Below, in pieces: positions 1-9,002 of a DNA stretch of 64,000 bases. How positions within the stretch are numbered: the stretch's first letter is position 1; every line of letters starts with the position of its first letter. A model generated the notes under the pieces. It was not told the DNA's origin and ran no database searches. It saw nothing but the letters and a program-made list of their open reading frames with translations. The translations under genes and the position numbers were made by a program. The stretch spans positions 8,662 through 72,661 of the forward strand of contig CAIQGA010000111.1 in the NCBI GenBank assembly GCA_903871235.1, in the 5' to 3' direction. The DNA comes from an uncultured Chlorobiaceae bacterium. GTDB taxonomy: Bacteria > Bacteroidota > Chlorobiia > Chlorobiales > Chlorobiaceae.

Positions 1-543
1 GACCTCACGGTGCAGCAGGATCCCTATACCGGCTATTTGCAGGTATCGGGAGCAATCGACAGCTTGATGCGGCGCAGGAAGCTGGAGAAAAGTGTCCACG
101 TTATTGCGGGCGGAGGAAGTGGCATTGAGCTCTACCGCCGGCTCCTCATTGAGGGGTATGAGGTGACTACCGGAGTCCTCAACCGTCTTGATTCAGATGC
201 CGAAGCGGCAAGGGCGCTCAATATTCCGGTGGTGCTTGAGCAGCCCTTTTCGCCAGTCGGCGCTGTGGCCATTGCAAAGGCGATGGAGATGATTTCGAGC
301 GCTGACGCAGTTGTGCTCAGCCAGGTGCCTTTCGGCTCCGGAAACCTTGTCAATCTTCAGCTTGCTGAAGAGGCGCTTAAAAGGGGCAAGATGGTTTTGC
401 TCGCAGCCGGTATCGGTGAGAGGGACTATACCGAAGGCAAAGCGGCGGTTGATGTTGCCGCCCGCCTGAAACATGCCGGAGCTCAAAATTGGAACTCAAT
501 TCATGAGCTGATGGCCCAACTTCAGCAACAACCACACCATTGA
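1..543 (+). CDS. ABC transporter ATP-binding protein, cobalamin/Fe-siderophore (BtuD/FepC-like) family; C-terminal part only, 5' end outside the window
   Basis: Frame is open from base 1. HVIAGGGSG..LYR.L..GVLN..DSD..A..L...EQPFS resembles the C-terminal extension of long BtuD-like ATPases. Directly upstream of cbiR. Confidence 0.65.
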   Translation, partial: DLTVQQDPYTGYLQVSGAIDSLMRRRKLEKSVHVIAGGGSGIELYRRLLIEGYEVTTGVLNRLDSDAEAARALNIPVVLEQPFSPVGAVAIAKAMEMISSADAVVLSQVPFGSGNLVNLQLAEEALKRGKMVLLAAGIGERDYTEGKAAVDVAARLKHAGAQNWNSIHELMAQLQQQPHH

Positions 544-548
544 CAACC

Positions 549-1346
549 ATGACCCTTAAACAGCAATTCCCCTTTCGATTCGGAACAAGTTCCTACATCA
601 TTCCTGCCGATATCATCCCCAATGTGGAGTTTCTCAAGGACAAGGTGGACGATATCGAGCTGGTACTTTTCGAGTCGGATGAGTTCAGCAATCTGCCCTC
701 ACCTGGCGATATGCAGCAACTTGCCCGGATGGCCGAAGAGAATTCGCTGACCTACTCTGTGCACCTTCCGCTTGACGTCTATCTCGGCCATCCTGACCGC
801 CGGGAGCGGGAGCGCTCAGTCGGCAAATGCCTGCGCATTATCGAGCTGACCCATGATCTCCCAAAATCTGCCTGCGTCATGCACTTCGAGGCGGGGCCGG
901 GTGTTGATATCAACCAATTTTCTGCGGATGAAAACAGACTCTTTACGGAGGCGCTGCGCGATTCCATAACCATGCTTCTGCAGGGAACAGATGTTGCGGC
1001 ATCAGAATTCTGTGTTGAAAACCTCAACTACCCCTTTGAGCTTATCTGGCCAGTGGTCGAAAAGTTTGGCCTCTCCGTTACGCTTGATGTGGGCCATCTT
1101 GAATACTACGGATTCCCGACAGCGGACTATCTCAAGCGATACCTTCAATACGCCAAAGTGCTGCATGTTCATGGCACTCTTGACGGCAAAGATCACAACT
1201 CCCTGAGCCACCTGAAACCGGAGGCGCTTGGGTTGCTTATGGGTGAACTTGCGCTTCAGCCATTGTCCAGCCGTGTCTTTACCATGGAGATCTTTTCGCA
1301 GGAGGATTTTGACTCCTCCTGCCGGGTGATGGAGCGGTTTGTTTGA
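549..1346 (+). CDS. cbiR: Cobamide remodelling phosphodiesterase CbiR (AP endonuclease 2 / TIM-barrel family)
   Basis: N-terminal GTSSYIIPADIIPNVEFLKDKVDDIELVLFES..NLP; metal-ligand motifs SVHLPLD, VENL, LDVGH, LHVHG, DH, TMEIF; cobalamin gene context. ATG at 549 preferred over TTG at 540. Confidence 0.8.
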   Translation: MTLKQQFPFRFGTSSYIIPADIIPNVEFLKDKVDDIELVLFESDEFSNLPSPGDMQQLARMAEENSLTYSVHLPLDVYLGHPDRRERERSVGKCLRIIELTHDLPKSACVMHFEAGPGVDINQFSADENRLFTEALRDSITMLLQGTDVAASEFCVENLNYPFELIWPVVEKFGLSVTLDVGHLEYYGFPTADYLKRYLQYAKVLHVHGTLDGKDHNSLSHLKPEALGLLMGELALQPLSSRVFTMEIFSQEDFDSSCRVMERFV

Positions 1347-1463
1347 ACAAAAAACGATTGTAATTGCTTTGATTTCAATTAAATTACAGCAAGTGCCCGT
1401 TTCGGGTGGCCGCGCAAAGAGCTGTTTTGCAGCGGGCCTGTAATGGTCTACAGTTGACACACC

Positions 1464-3884
1464 ATGCAGCCAAAACAGGAGAGCAGGATGTCAGATGCAG
1501 TTCAACCCTCGCAGTTGAGCCTTGGCAATGCCGGAAATAATCATGACTTCGTCAAAGAGGTCGTTAACGCTATTCCTGGTTTGTTCTATCTGTTGGATGC
1601 CAGCGGGCAGTTTGTGATGTGGAACGAGTATCTGCGCGATTCAGTTGTGTTTAAATCTGAAAAGGAGATGACTGCGATCAGCGCATTGGACAGTATTTAT
1701 CCGGATGACCGGTTGCTGGTTAAGGAAAAAATCAGGAACATCATTAGCAACGGTGTTGATGATTGGGTTGAAGTGAGAGCGTTTCGGCGAGGTGGTCCGG
1801 AATTCCTGTGGTATCTGTTGAGTGGCCAAAGGGTAATCATTGACCACAAGCCCTTCGTCATTGGCATCGGAACCGATATCACCGAGCGCAAGAGGCTTGA
1901 GGCCGAGCTTCAAAGGTTGAACCGAACACTCCTGGCATTAGGCAAATGTAATGAGAGTATTCTTCATGCTCGAAATGAAGTGGAATTATTGCATGCTGTT
2001 TGCCATATCATCGTTGAAATCGGCGGCTATCGGATGGCATGGGTGGGTTATAAAAAACAGAACAAGGCAAAAAGTGTTCGCCCTCTTGCTCATGCAGGTT
2101 TTGATGAGGGGTATCTGGAAAAGGTGGTGGTCTCCTGGGCTGATGTTAATCTTGGACGCGGCCCCATGGGAACAGCAATCCGGACTGGCATCCCATCATT
2201 AGTAAACGATGTTTTGACCAATCCGCAATTTGAGCCATGGCGTAAGGATGCCATCCAGAGAGGTTATGCATCTATTCTGGGCTTACCCCTGAAAGTCGGC
2301 AAGAAGGTGTTTGGCGCAATAACCATTTATTCGGCCTATCCAGACGCCTTTGATGCCATGGAGAGTGAGTTGCTCACAAAGCTTTCTGAAAATTTAGCTT
2401 ATGGAATTACGGTCTTGCGAGAGCGTGAGGCACGCCGATTGGCTGAGGAAAGTCTGCATCAAAGCGAAAAACGTTACCGGAACCTCTTTCAGAACAATCG
2501 TACCGTGATGCTCATCACTGATCCGGATGATGGCCAGATTGTTGATGCCAACCCTGCCGCAGCAACGTTTTACGGGTGGCCGATTGAAACACTCTGTCGG
2601 ATGCACATACAGGATATCAACACACTTCCTCCCGAACAGGTCATGGCCGCCATGCAACAAACCAGATCGGAAGAGAAAAATTACTTTTCATTTCGTCACC
2701 GGAGGGCAGACGGCTCTATTCGTGATGTGGAGGTGCTCAGCAGCAAGGTTGAGATTGCAGGCAAGGATTTTCTTCATTCTATTATTCATGATGTCACCGA
2801 GCGAAAGTGCTACGAAACTGTCACGGCATTTCACCTCTCGTTGATCAAGATGGCAGCAACAAAGTCGATAGAGGAGCTCTTGCAGATGACGGTTGATGAG
2901 GCGGAACGGCTGACGGAAAGCTTGATTGGCTTCTTTCATATTATTTCGGAAGATCAGACAACAATCTCAACGCAGGTATGTTCAACCAACACCATGAAGA
3001 GTATGAGGATGTCAACAATAAATTATCCGCACTATGACCTTGATAAAGCCGGGGTGTGGGCCGATGCCATACGGGAAAAGAGAGCTGTTATCCATAATGA
3101 TTATTCCTCCTTCAGAAATCGTAAAGGGATACCGGCGGTTCATACCCAAATGAGGTGTGAGGTGGTTGTTCCTGTTGTGCGTGATGAACATGTCGTAGCG
3201 ATTCTCGGGGTTGGCAATAAGCCTGGCGAGTATGATGAGGATGATGTCAAATGGGTGGGTATCATGGCAGATCTCAGTTGGGATATTGTTGCCAAAAAGA
3301 TTGCCGAGGATGAACAGAAAATACTTCAGGCTCAGAAGTATGTTATTGAAAATCTGGCTATGCATGATGATTTGACTGGTCTTCCAAATCGTCGTTTTAT
3401 TTCTGATCGGATAAGCCAGGTCCTTGGCCTGTACCAACAGAACAAGATGATGGCTGCGTTGATGATCTTTGATTTGGACAAGTTTAAAATTGTCAACGAT
3501 ACGTTTGGCCACGCGATCGGTGACGGGTTGCTTCAGCAGGTGACAACCCGCACACTCGGAACCTTACGGAGAAGCGGAGATTCTGTCGCCCGTCTTGGCG
3601 GTGATGAGTTTGTTGTGTTATTGCCTCAAATTGCCGAGATAACAAATGCTGTTGCAATTGCTGAAAAAATACGGAGCGCCTTAATGAAAACGTTCGATGT
3701 TGAAGGTCATGCCATCAATATTTCATGCAGCATTGGTATTGCGATTTATCCCATTCATGGTCAGAACGAACTGACGCTGATGAAACATGCCGATGACGCC
3801 ATGTATAAATCGAAGAGTGATGGCAAAAATCGCATTACGGTATTTGGTGATGACCCTGTTGTTCCAGAAGGAAATCGTTCTTGA
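1464..3884 (+). CDS. Diguanylate cyclase, PAS-GAF-PAS-GAF-GGDEF
   Basis: HDDLTGLPNRR, DLDKFKIVNDTFGHAIGD and RLGGDEF, with an intact RxxD I-site (RSGD five residues before GGDEF). Start may be the ATG at 1488, which has a GGAG RBS. Confidence 0.93.
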   Translation: MQPKQESRMSDAVQPSQLSLGNAGNNHDFVKEVVNAIPGLFYLLDASGQFVMWNEYLRDSVVFKSEKEMTAISALDSIYPDDRLLVKEKIRNIISNGVDDWVEVRAFRRGGPEFLWYLLSGQRVIIDHKPFVIGIGTDITERKRLEAELQRLNRTLLALGKCNESILHARNEVELLHAVCHIIVEIGGYRMAWVGYKKQNKAKSVRPLAHAGFDEGYLEKVVVSWADVNLGRGPMGTAIRTGIPSLVNDVLTNPQFEPWRKDAIQRGYASILGLPLKVGKKVFGAITIYSAYPDAFDAMESELLTKLSENLAYGITVLREREARRLAEESLHQSEKRYRNLFQNNRTVMLITDPDDGQIVDANPAAATFYGWPIETLCRMHIQDINTLPPEQVMAAMQQTRSEEKNYFSFRHRRADGSIRDVEVLSSKVEIAGKDFLHSIIHDVTERKCYETVTAFHLSLIKMAATKSIEELLQMTVDEAERLTESLIGFFHIISEDQTTISTQVCSTNTMKSMRMSTINYPHYDLDKAGVWADAIREKRAVIHNDYSSFRNRKGIPAVHTQMRCEVVVPVVRDEHVVAILGVGNKPGEYDEDDVKWVGIMADLSWDIVAKKIAEDEQKILQAQKYVIENLAMHDDLTGLPNRRFISDRISQVLGLYQQNKMMAALMIFDLDKFKIVNDTFGHAIGDGLLQQVTTRTLGTLRRSGDSVARLGGDEFVVLLPQIAEITNAVAIAEKIRSALMKTFDVEGHAINISCSIGIAIYPIHGQNELTLMKHADDAMYKSKSDGKNRITVFGDDPVVPEGNRS

Positions 3885-3910
3885 AAAAATACAAAAAGGG
3901 CACATCTTTT

Positions 3911-5104
3911 ATGTTCATACCAAACCTTCCCCTTGATTTCTCCCTGCTTCCGCTCCCGTCAATTCATTTTGGCGTTGGGCGGTTTTCCCGGCTTGCGGAA
4001 CTTGCCGGAAGCTTCGGAAAAAATATTCTGGTTGTTACCGGCGCTCATGCGCTGCAGCGGTCAGGCCGTCTGTCGAATCTGATGGAGAGCCTGCAATCTG
4101 CTGGAATGTGCACGTATCATCTTGCCGTTGATCGGGAACCTTCTCCTGAACTTGTTGATAGAGCTGTTTCATACTACCAGGAGCTTGCTATTGAAGTTGT
4201 TCTGGCGGTTGGTGGCGGCAGTGTGCTTGATGCAGGCAAGGCCATTTCCGCTATGCTGCTCTGCGATGCGGCGGTTGAGCGTTTTATCGAGGGTCAGGAG
4301 GGTTTCATGCAGCATGACGGGCGGAAGGTTCCTTTCATTGCCGTGCCGACAACCTCGGGTACCGGGAGCGAGGTGACAAACAATGCGGTTATCAGCCGGA
4401 TTGGCCTGAACGGCTTTAAGCGCTCTCTGCGTCATGCGGCGTTTGTGCCAAATATTGCCCTCATCGACCCGGAACTTATGGTGAGTGTTTCGCCGGAACT
4501 GACGGCGGCATCAGGGATGGACGCCTGCACCCAACTTCTTGAAGCCCTCACCTCCCCCTTTGCAACACCCTATACCGACGCCATCACCTGTAGCGGACTT
4601 GAACGTTTCAGTCGTTCCTTTCTTTCCGCCTGCACTGATTGGTCAGGCAACAGTGCTGTGCGGGGAGATATTGCTTATGCCGCACTGATGTCGGGTATTG
4701 CGCTGGCCAATGCCGGTCTCGGGATTGTGCACGGCTTTGCCTCGTCGGTCGGCGGCTTGATCGACATACCGCACGGCACACTCTGCGCAACCCTGCTTGC
4801 CGAAGCGACAAGGGAGAATATTTTTCAGCTTCGCGCCGTTAATAAGAGCCATCCTGCGTTGCAGAAATATGCAAAGGCTGGCGCCATACTCTCGGGAGTT
4901 GCCGACAAGAGTGTTCATACCGGGTGCGACCAGTTGGTGGAGACGATTGAGGAGTGGCAGGAGTTGCTCTCTTTTCCCCGGCTGCGCAGTTTCGGGCTCG
5001 CTCTGGAAGAGCTTGACGCCATTGTTGCCGCTACCCGCAGCAAGAGCAATGCCGTACAGCTTGACGATGCTGCCATGAAGCGGATTCTTGTCAAGCGCCT
5101 GTGA
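3911..5104 (+). CDS. Iron-containing alcohol dehydrogenase
   Basis: GGGSVLDAGK, VPTTSGTGSEVT, GMDA, NAGLGIVHG, IPHG motifs. ATG at 3911. Confidence 0.9.
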   Translation: MFIPNLPLDFSLLPLPSIHFGVGRFSRLAELAGSFGKNILVVTGAHALQRSGRLSNLMESLQSAGMCTYHLAVDREPSPELVDRAVSYYQELAIEVVLAVGGGSVLDAGKAISAMLLCDAAVERFIEGQEGFMQHDGRKVPFIAVPTTSGTGSEVTNNAVISRIGLNGFKRSLRHAAFVPNIALIDPELMVSVSPELTAASGMDACTQLLEALTSPFATPYTDAITCSGLERFSRSFLSACTDWSGNSAVRGDIAYAALMSGIALANAGLGIVHGFASSVGGLIDIPHGTLCATLLAEATRENIFQLRAVNKSHPALQKYAKAGAILSGVADKSVHTGCDQLVETIEEWQELLSFPRLRSFGLALEELDAIVAATRSKSNAVQLDDAAMKRILVKRL

Positions 5105-5113
5105 ACCTCTGTA

Positions 5114-5569
5114 TCATGCCCGGGTTGTCCACCAGTCATCTCCGTAGCTGTAAAAGAGCTCTTCACCCTTGCTGATGTTGCGCAGTGCATAGAGGACAAG
5201 TTCCACCCCAAGTGCGCCTTGTTCGCGGTAGTAGGCGACGTTGGGTGTTGATGAGTGGTTAAAAAGCATCCCGTTACCCATTACAACAAGCCGTGCGCTT
5301 TCCGTGCTGCCGTAAAAAACATAGTTCAGCAGTTCACCCCCAACGTCCTGATCGGTCACTTCAAGGGCTGGGCAGCGTTCGATAATGTCGCCTTCACTGA
5401 TCTTCTTCAGAGCAAAAGCTCCCCGTCCACTGACGGTTGATGCTCCGATTTTTACCAGCTCACCCCTGCCTGCCGAAGCTTTTTTTGCAAAAAAATGGCC
5501 AATTGTGAGACCGATCGTTATGCCGATAACAAGCATGAGCGGTATGAGAATGAAAAGATTGACGTCCAT
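5114..5569 (-). CDS. SET-domain protein (putative lysine methyltransferase) with an N-terminal hydrophobic helix
   Basis: GRGAFA, FNHSSTPNV, ALRNISKGEELFYSYG; hydrophobic LFILIPLMLVIGITIGLTIG. Start placed at the ATG at 5569. Confidence 0.88.
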   Translation of the reverse strand: MDVNLFILIPLMLVIGITIGLTIGHFFAKKASAGRGELVKIGASTVSGRGAFALKKISEGDIIERCPALEVTDQDVGGELLNYVFYGSTESARLVVMGNGMLFNHSSTPNVAYYREQGALGVELVLYALRNISKGEELFYSYGDDWWTTRA

Positions 5570-5710
5570 AGGCTGATTGTTTTTGGAAAGAGAGATGATG
5601 CAGGGGTTTAGGCAGCATTGGTGCAAAATAGCAATTTTTAAAGGGTTGCAAGAACGATCACAAGCGGGTTTTCAGCTTATGAACTGGGCGTGAAAATCGG
5701 ATGCCTGAAT

Positions 5711-5746
5711 AAAAAAAAGGCCAGAAGTAGAAGAACTTCTGGCCTT
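5711..5746 (-). terminator. Intrinsic terminator of the outer-membrane protein gene
   Basis: 12-bp stem aaggccagaagt / acttctggcctt with an A8 run on + (U8 on the minus strand), 23 nt after the stop at 5769. Confidence 0.8.
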
Positions 5747-5768
5747 GATTTCTGCAGGTACTGACGAT

Positions 5769-6317
5769 TCAGAACTGATATCTGATACCTGCCATAATGT
5801 GTTGGCTATTCAGGCTTACGTCATTGCCTTCATAGGGACACTCAAGACCTTCCGGCTTGATGTAGCGGTAGCCAAGATCAAGGGTGGTAGTATCATTGAT
5901 TTTGAAGCCTACTCCAGCACCAACTTGCCAGACAAAAGAGGTCATGGAATTCGTTGACCAAGTTACATCGACATTGGCAACACCTGCACCAACCATCACG
6001 TATGGTATGAATTTGGAGTCAGTGTTAATGTCGTAATAGCCGTTAGCCATTACTGTCAGGAGTGATATCTCATCAACGCTCGGGCTTTTAAAATTGTGAT
6101 TTTCATATCCCAGAGCACCCTCAATCCTGTAAGATCCAAAATTGTAGCCAACTGCGCCATTCCATGCGGCAGAGTTGTCAAATTTATCACCCCACCCCAC
6201 CTCACCCCAATCACCGAGTATCCCAAGACCAACAGAACCGCTGACATAAGGATTCGCATAAGCAGGAGTTGAAACAATGCCTGCAAGCAAAACGAGTTTT
6301 AAAATAAGCTTTTTCAT
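5769..6317 (-). CDS. Small outer-membrane beta-barrel protein (OmpA-TM/Ail/OmpW-like)
   Basis: Signal peptide ending AYA; PYVMVGAG, WQVGAGVGF, LDLGYRY; C-terminal GIRYQF beta-signal. Confidence 0.88.
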   Translation of the reverse strand: MKKLILKLVLLAGIVSTPAYANPYVSGSVGLGILGDWGEVGWGDKFDNSAAWNGAVGYNFGSYRIEGALGYENHNFKSPSVDEISLLTVMANGYYDINTDSKFIPYVMVGAGVANVDVTWSTNSMTSFVWQVGAGVGFKINDTTTLDLGYRYIKPEGLECPYEGNDVSLNSQHIMAGIRYQF

Positions 6318-6576
6318 TTTCGTACTATTTACACTTATTTAAAATATAACGTACAAAAATCTGAACGTGACTTGGGGAAATATCGTTCCCGGCTCGCCCT
6401 TCAATTTAGCAATGAACGCAGTTCTTTTGCGGGTTGTGCGTCACTGCCGATTGTTTCTGCTCTACAAATATTGTCTTTGCTAAACTATCATCGTGTTGGT
6501 ACAGAGAAAAAGAGCCGGTATGCTTATATTGAGGTTTGATGCTTTAATGATTGAATAATAACTACGGATACTGAAT

Positions 6577-6915
6577 ATGCATGCGTTCCCGAAAACAAAA
6601 CTTCCCACTGCTGTGACGATGGGAAAAGAAGAGCAGAAAAGCCTGGAACGAAACCGGAAAAAGGCTCTCTATCAGGCGACCATTGAGCAAATCGTTGAGG
6701 GTTGGGCCGTTGGCAAGCCAGTGCTTGAATCAACCGGCAAGCCGATCGGTTACTACCGACTCACCAACTATCTCCGTCAGCATCTCATCTCCCATGAGAG
6801 CATGCCCAAAGGAATTCACACCATGCCTGAAGGACGCGACAGCTTTAACAAGATAGAGCCCTCGTTTCCGGTGGATTTCGACAGCATCATCGGTGAGGTT
6901 ACTTTGCCGGAATGA
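6577..6915 (+). CDS. Hypothetical protein (112 aa)
   Basis: Fills the intergenic space with plausible composition; no family recognised. Confidence 0.65.
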   Translation: MHAFPKTKLPTAVTMGKEEQKSLERNRKKALYQATIEQIVEGWAVGKPVLESTGKPIGYYRLTNYLRQHLISHESMPKGIHTMPEGRDSFNKIEPSFPVDFDSIIGEVTLPE

Positions 6916-6988
6916 GAGGCGCGTACTCTGCTTGATGGTCACCAAACGTTCTTTTTCTGATACTTTTTTTGCGCTGTTGTTATTATTC

Positions 6989-7004
6989 CTTACCATTAAG
7001 TAAG
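6989..7004. promoter_or_regulatory. Putative TA autoregulatory operator (CTTAC-N6-GTAAG)
   Basis: Inverted repeat cttac cattaa gtaag about 30 nt upstream of the antitoxin start. Confidence 0.45.
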
Positions 7005-7033
7005 AATCAATTTATAGAGTAAGGAGTGCGACG

Positions 7034-7282
7034 ATGGCTATTGCAACAATGACAAACAAAGGTCAAGTGACCATACCGAAAGAGGTTCGTGAAATTTTCG
7101 GCCTGCATTCAGGCGACAAGCTTGATTTTTCATGCGAAAAGGGGGGGCGTATTGTTGTGACGCCAATCAAAAAAAATGTTGACGATCTTTACGGAAAACT
7201 GTTTAAAGCGGAAAGAAAAGCACTCTCAATCGAGGCAATCGGTGACGCTCTCAAGCGAAAATTCCAGCAACCAGAGTTATGA
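7034..7282 (+). CDS. vapB: AbrB/MazE/SpoVT-family antitoxin (VapB-like)
   Basis: [25 protein letters not shown] swapped-hairpin motif; ATGA overlap with the PIN gene. Confidence 0.88.
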   Translation: MAIATMTNKGQVTIPKEVREIFGLHSGDKLDFSCEKGGRIVVTPIKKNVDDLYGKLFKAERKALSIEAIGDALKRKFQQPEL

Positions 7283-7680
7283 ATGCCCTTGATACCAATA
7301 TTCTTGCCCGCTTTCTCGTTCGTGACGATGTGGATCAGGCTGAATGCGTCTACCGGCTGTTTAAAGCTGCCGAGGCGGAAAAAACAGTTTTCTTTGTCTC
7401 TCTTCCTGTTCTTCTTGAACTTATATGGGTGCTTGATTCTGCTTATAAAATTCCACGGCAAGAAATTCTTGATGCACTTGGAGAGCTTTTGCTGCTTCCC
7501 ATCCTTGTTTTTGATGCACAGTCGGCGGTAAGGTCGTTTATTTCAGATGCCCGAAAAAATGATCTCGACCTTTCAGACCTTTTGATTGCCTTTGATGCGG
7601 TATCGTCCGGTTGTGAACAGGTGATTACTTTCGATAAAAAAGCGGCAAAATCAGATTTTTTTATCCTTCTTTCGAAGTAA
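7279..7680 (+). CDS. vapC: PIN-domain toxin (VapC-like)
   Basis: [30 protein letters not shown] acidic PIN motifs. Confidence 0.88.
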   Translation: MNALDTNILARFLVRDDVDQAECVYRLFKAAEAEKTVFFVSLPVLLELIWVLDSAYKIPRQEILDALGELLLLPILVFDAQSAVRSFISDARKNDLDLSDLLIAFDAVSSGCEQVITFDKKAAKSDFFILLSK

Positions 7681-7957
7681 AGGCTGTTGTACAGGATTTT
7701 CTTTATTGCTTTATCCGTTTGGGCCTCGTTAGCCTGCTGTTCATTGCGGATACTTTGTGTTGTGCTGCTGGTAACTCGTTTTTTTTGTGAGGAGGTTGCT
7801 GAACAATAAGCGGTCAACAACAAGTCGCCCCATAATCTCAAGTCATCCAAGCCTGATTTCTTGATTTGTGGCCTTTTTTGACTATGGAATCAATTCTTGT
7901 GAAGCGCTTAGTTGCAATAAACCACATTGAAATAAAGAAAAAAATGGATAACCACCA

Positions 7958-8152
7958 ATGAATACACGAGAATTGTCACCCTGTTTTGTCACAAAGAATG
8001 TTGATGCCTGCCGCGATTTTTACCAGTGTCACTTCTCGGCAAAAGCCATTTTTGATTGCGGCTGGTATCTCAACCTGCGTCTTGCCGGAGATGGCCCTTC
8101 AATCGCAGGGACCACTCGGTTTGTTCTTGCGAGAGCGCTCCAAGCTCAGTGA
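7958..8152 (+). pseudogene. Truncated VOC/glyoxalase-family gene (N-terminal half only)
   Basis: SPCFVTKNVDACRDFYQCHFSAKAIFDCGWYLNLRL is a VOC N-terminal module. The ORF stops at 64 aa with an unrelated-looking tail. Confidence 0.65.
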
Positions 8153-8259
8153 GAAACACTTCTGAATTTTGCTTTCTTTGCCCATGTACGGCCGTTTGTA
8201 TGGTGCGAATGCTTGGATAATATTAACGTAAAGGTACGTGAAAAACAAGAAGGGTTGCC

Positions 8260-8994
8260 ATGCCAGATAATCCACTCGACAGAGGGCAGCACATTGAGGT
8301 GCTTACAATCACCGACCTGTCAAAATTCTACATGATGGGGGAGGTGCGGGTTGATGCGCTGAAGCATATTTCGCTGGAGTTTCATGCGGGGGAGCTGGCG
8401 GTGCTGCTGGGGGCTTCGGGCAGTGGCAAATCGACCTTGCTCAATATTATCGGTGGCCTTGACCTTCCCTCTTCGGGGAAACTTTTTTTTCATGGGCGAG
8501 AGATTACGGCGGCTACTGAGGCGGAGTTGACCGCTTACCGTCGTCGTTCGATTGGCTTTGTTTTCCAGTTCTACAATCTTATTTCAAGCCTTTCGGCGCT
8601 TGAGAATGTGCAGCTTGTGACCGAGATTGCTGATAATCCGATGAATGCAGAGGAGGCGCTACGGCTGGTTGGCCTTGGTGACCGTTTGAACCATTTCCCC
8701 GCGCAACTTTCCGGCGGGGAGCAGCAGCGTGTGGCCATTGCGAGGGCGGTTGCGAAGCGGCCTGAGCTGTTGCTCTGTGATGAGCCCACGGGGGCACTCG
8801 ATTTTCAGACTGGTAAACTGGTGCTTGATGTGCTTGAGAAGGTCAATCGCGAACTGGGTACGACAACCTTGGTCATCACCCATAACGCTTCGATTGCGGG
8901 GATGGCTGACCGGGTTGTACGTCTGCGGAGCGGCGAGCTCTCCGAGGACCGGCGGAACCTCACCCGGCTGTCACCTTCGGAACTGGTCTGGTAG
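8260..8994 (+). CDS. ABC transporter ATP-binding protein (LolD/MacB-ATPase-like)
   Basis: [39 protein letters not shown]. Confidence 0.95.
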   Translation: MPDNPLDRGQHIEVLTITDLSKFYMMGEVRVDALKHISLEFHAGELAVLLGASGSGKSTLLNIIGGLDLPSSGKLFFHGREITAATEAELTAYRRRSIGFVFQFYNLISSLSALENVQLVTEIADNPMNAEEALRLVGLGDRLNHFPAQLSGGEQQRVAIARAVAKRPELLLCDEPTGALDFQTGKLVLDVLEKVNRELGTTTLVITHNASIAGMADRVVRLRSGELSEDRRNLTRLSPSELVW

Positions 8995-9002
8995 GGCGAG
9001 CG

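Noticed and set aside
6390-6480. Possible c-di-GMP-I riboswitch on the minus strand upstream of the OMP gene (gacgcacaa)
   Set aside because: No GNRA-capped P2 or matching receptor pattern; too weak to support.
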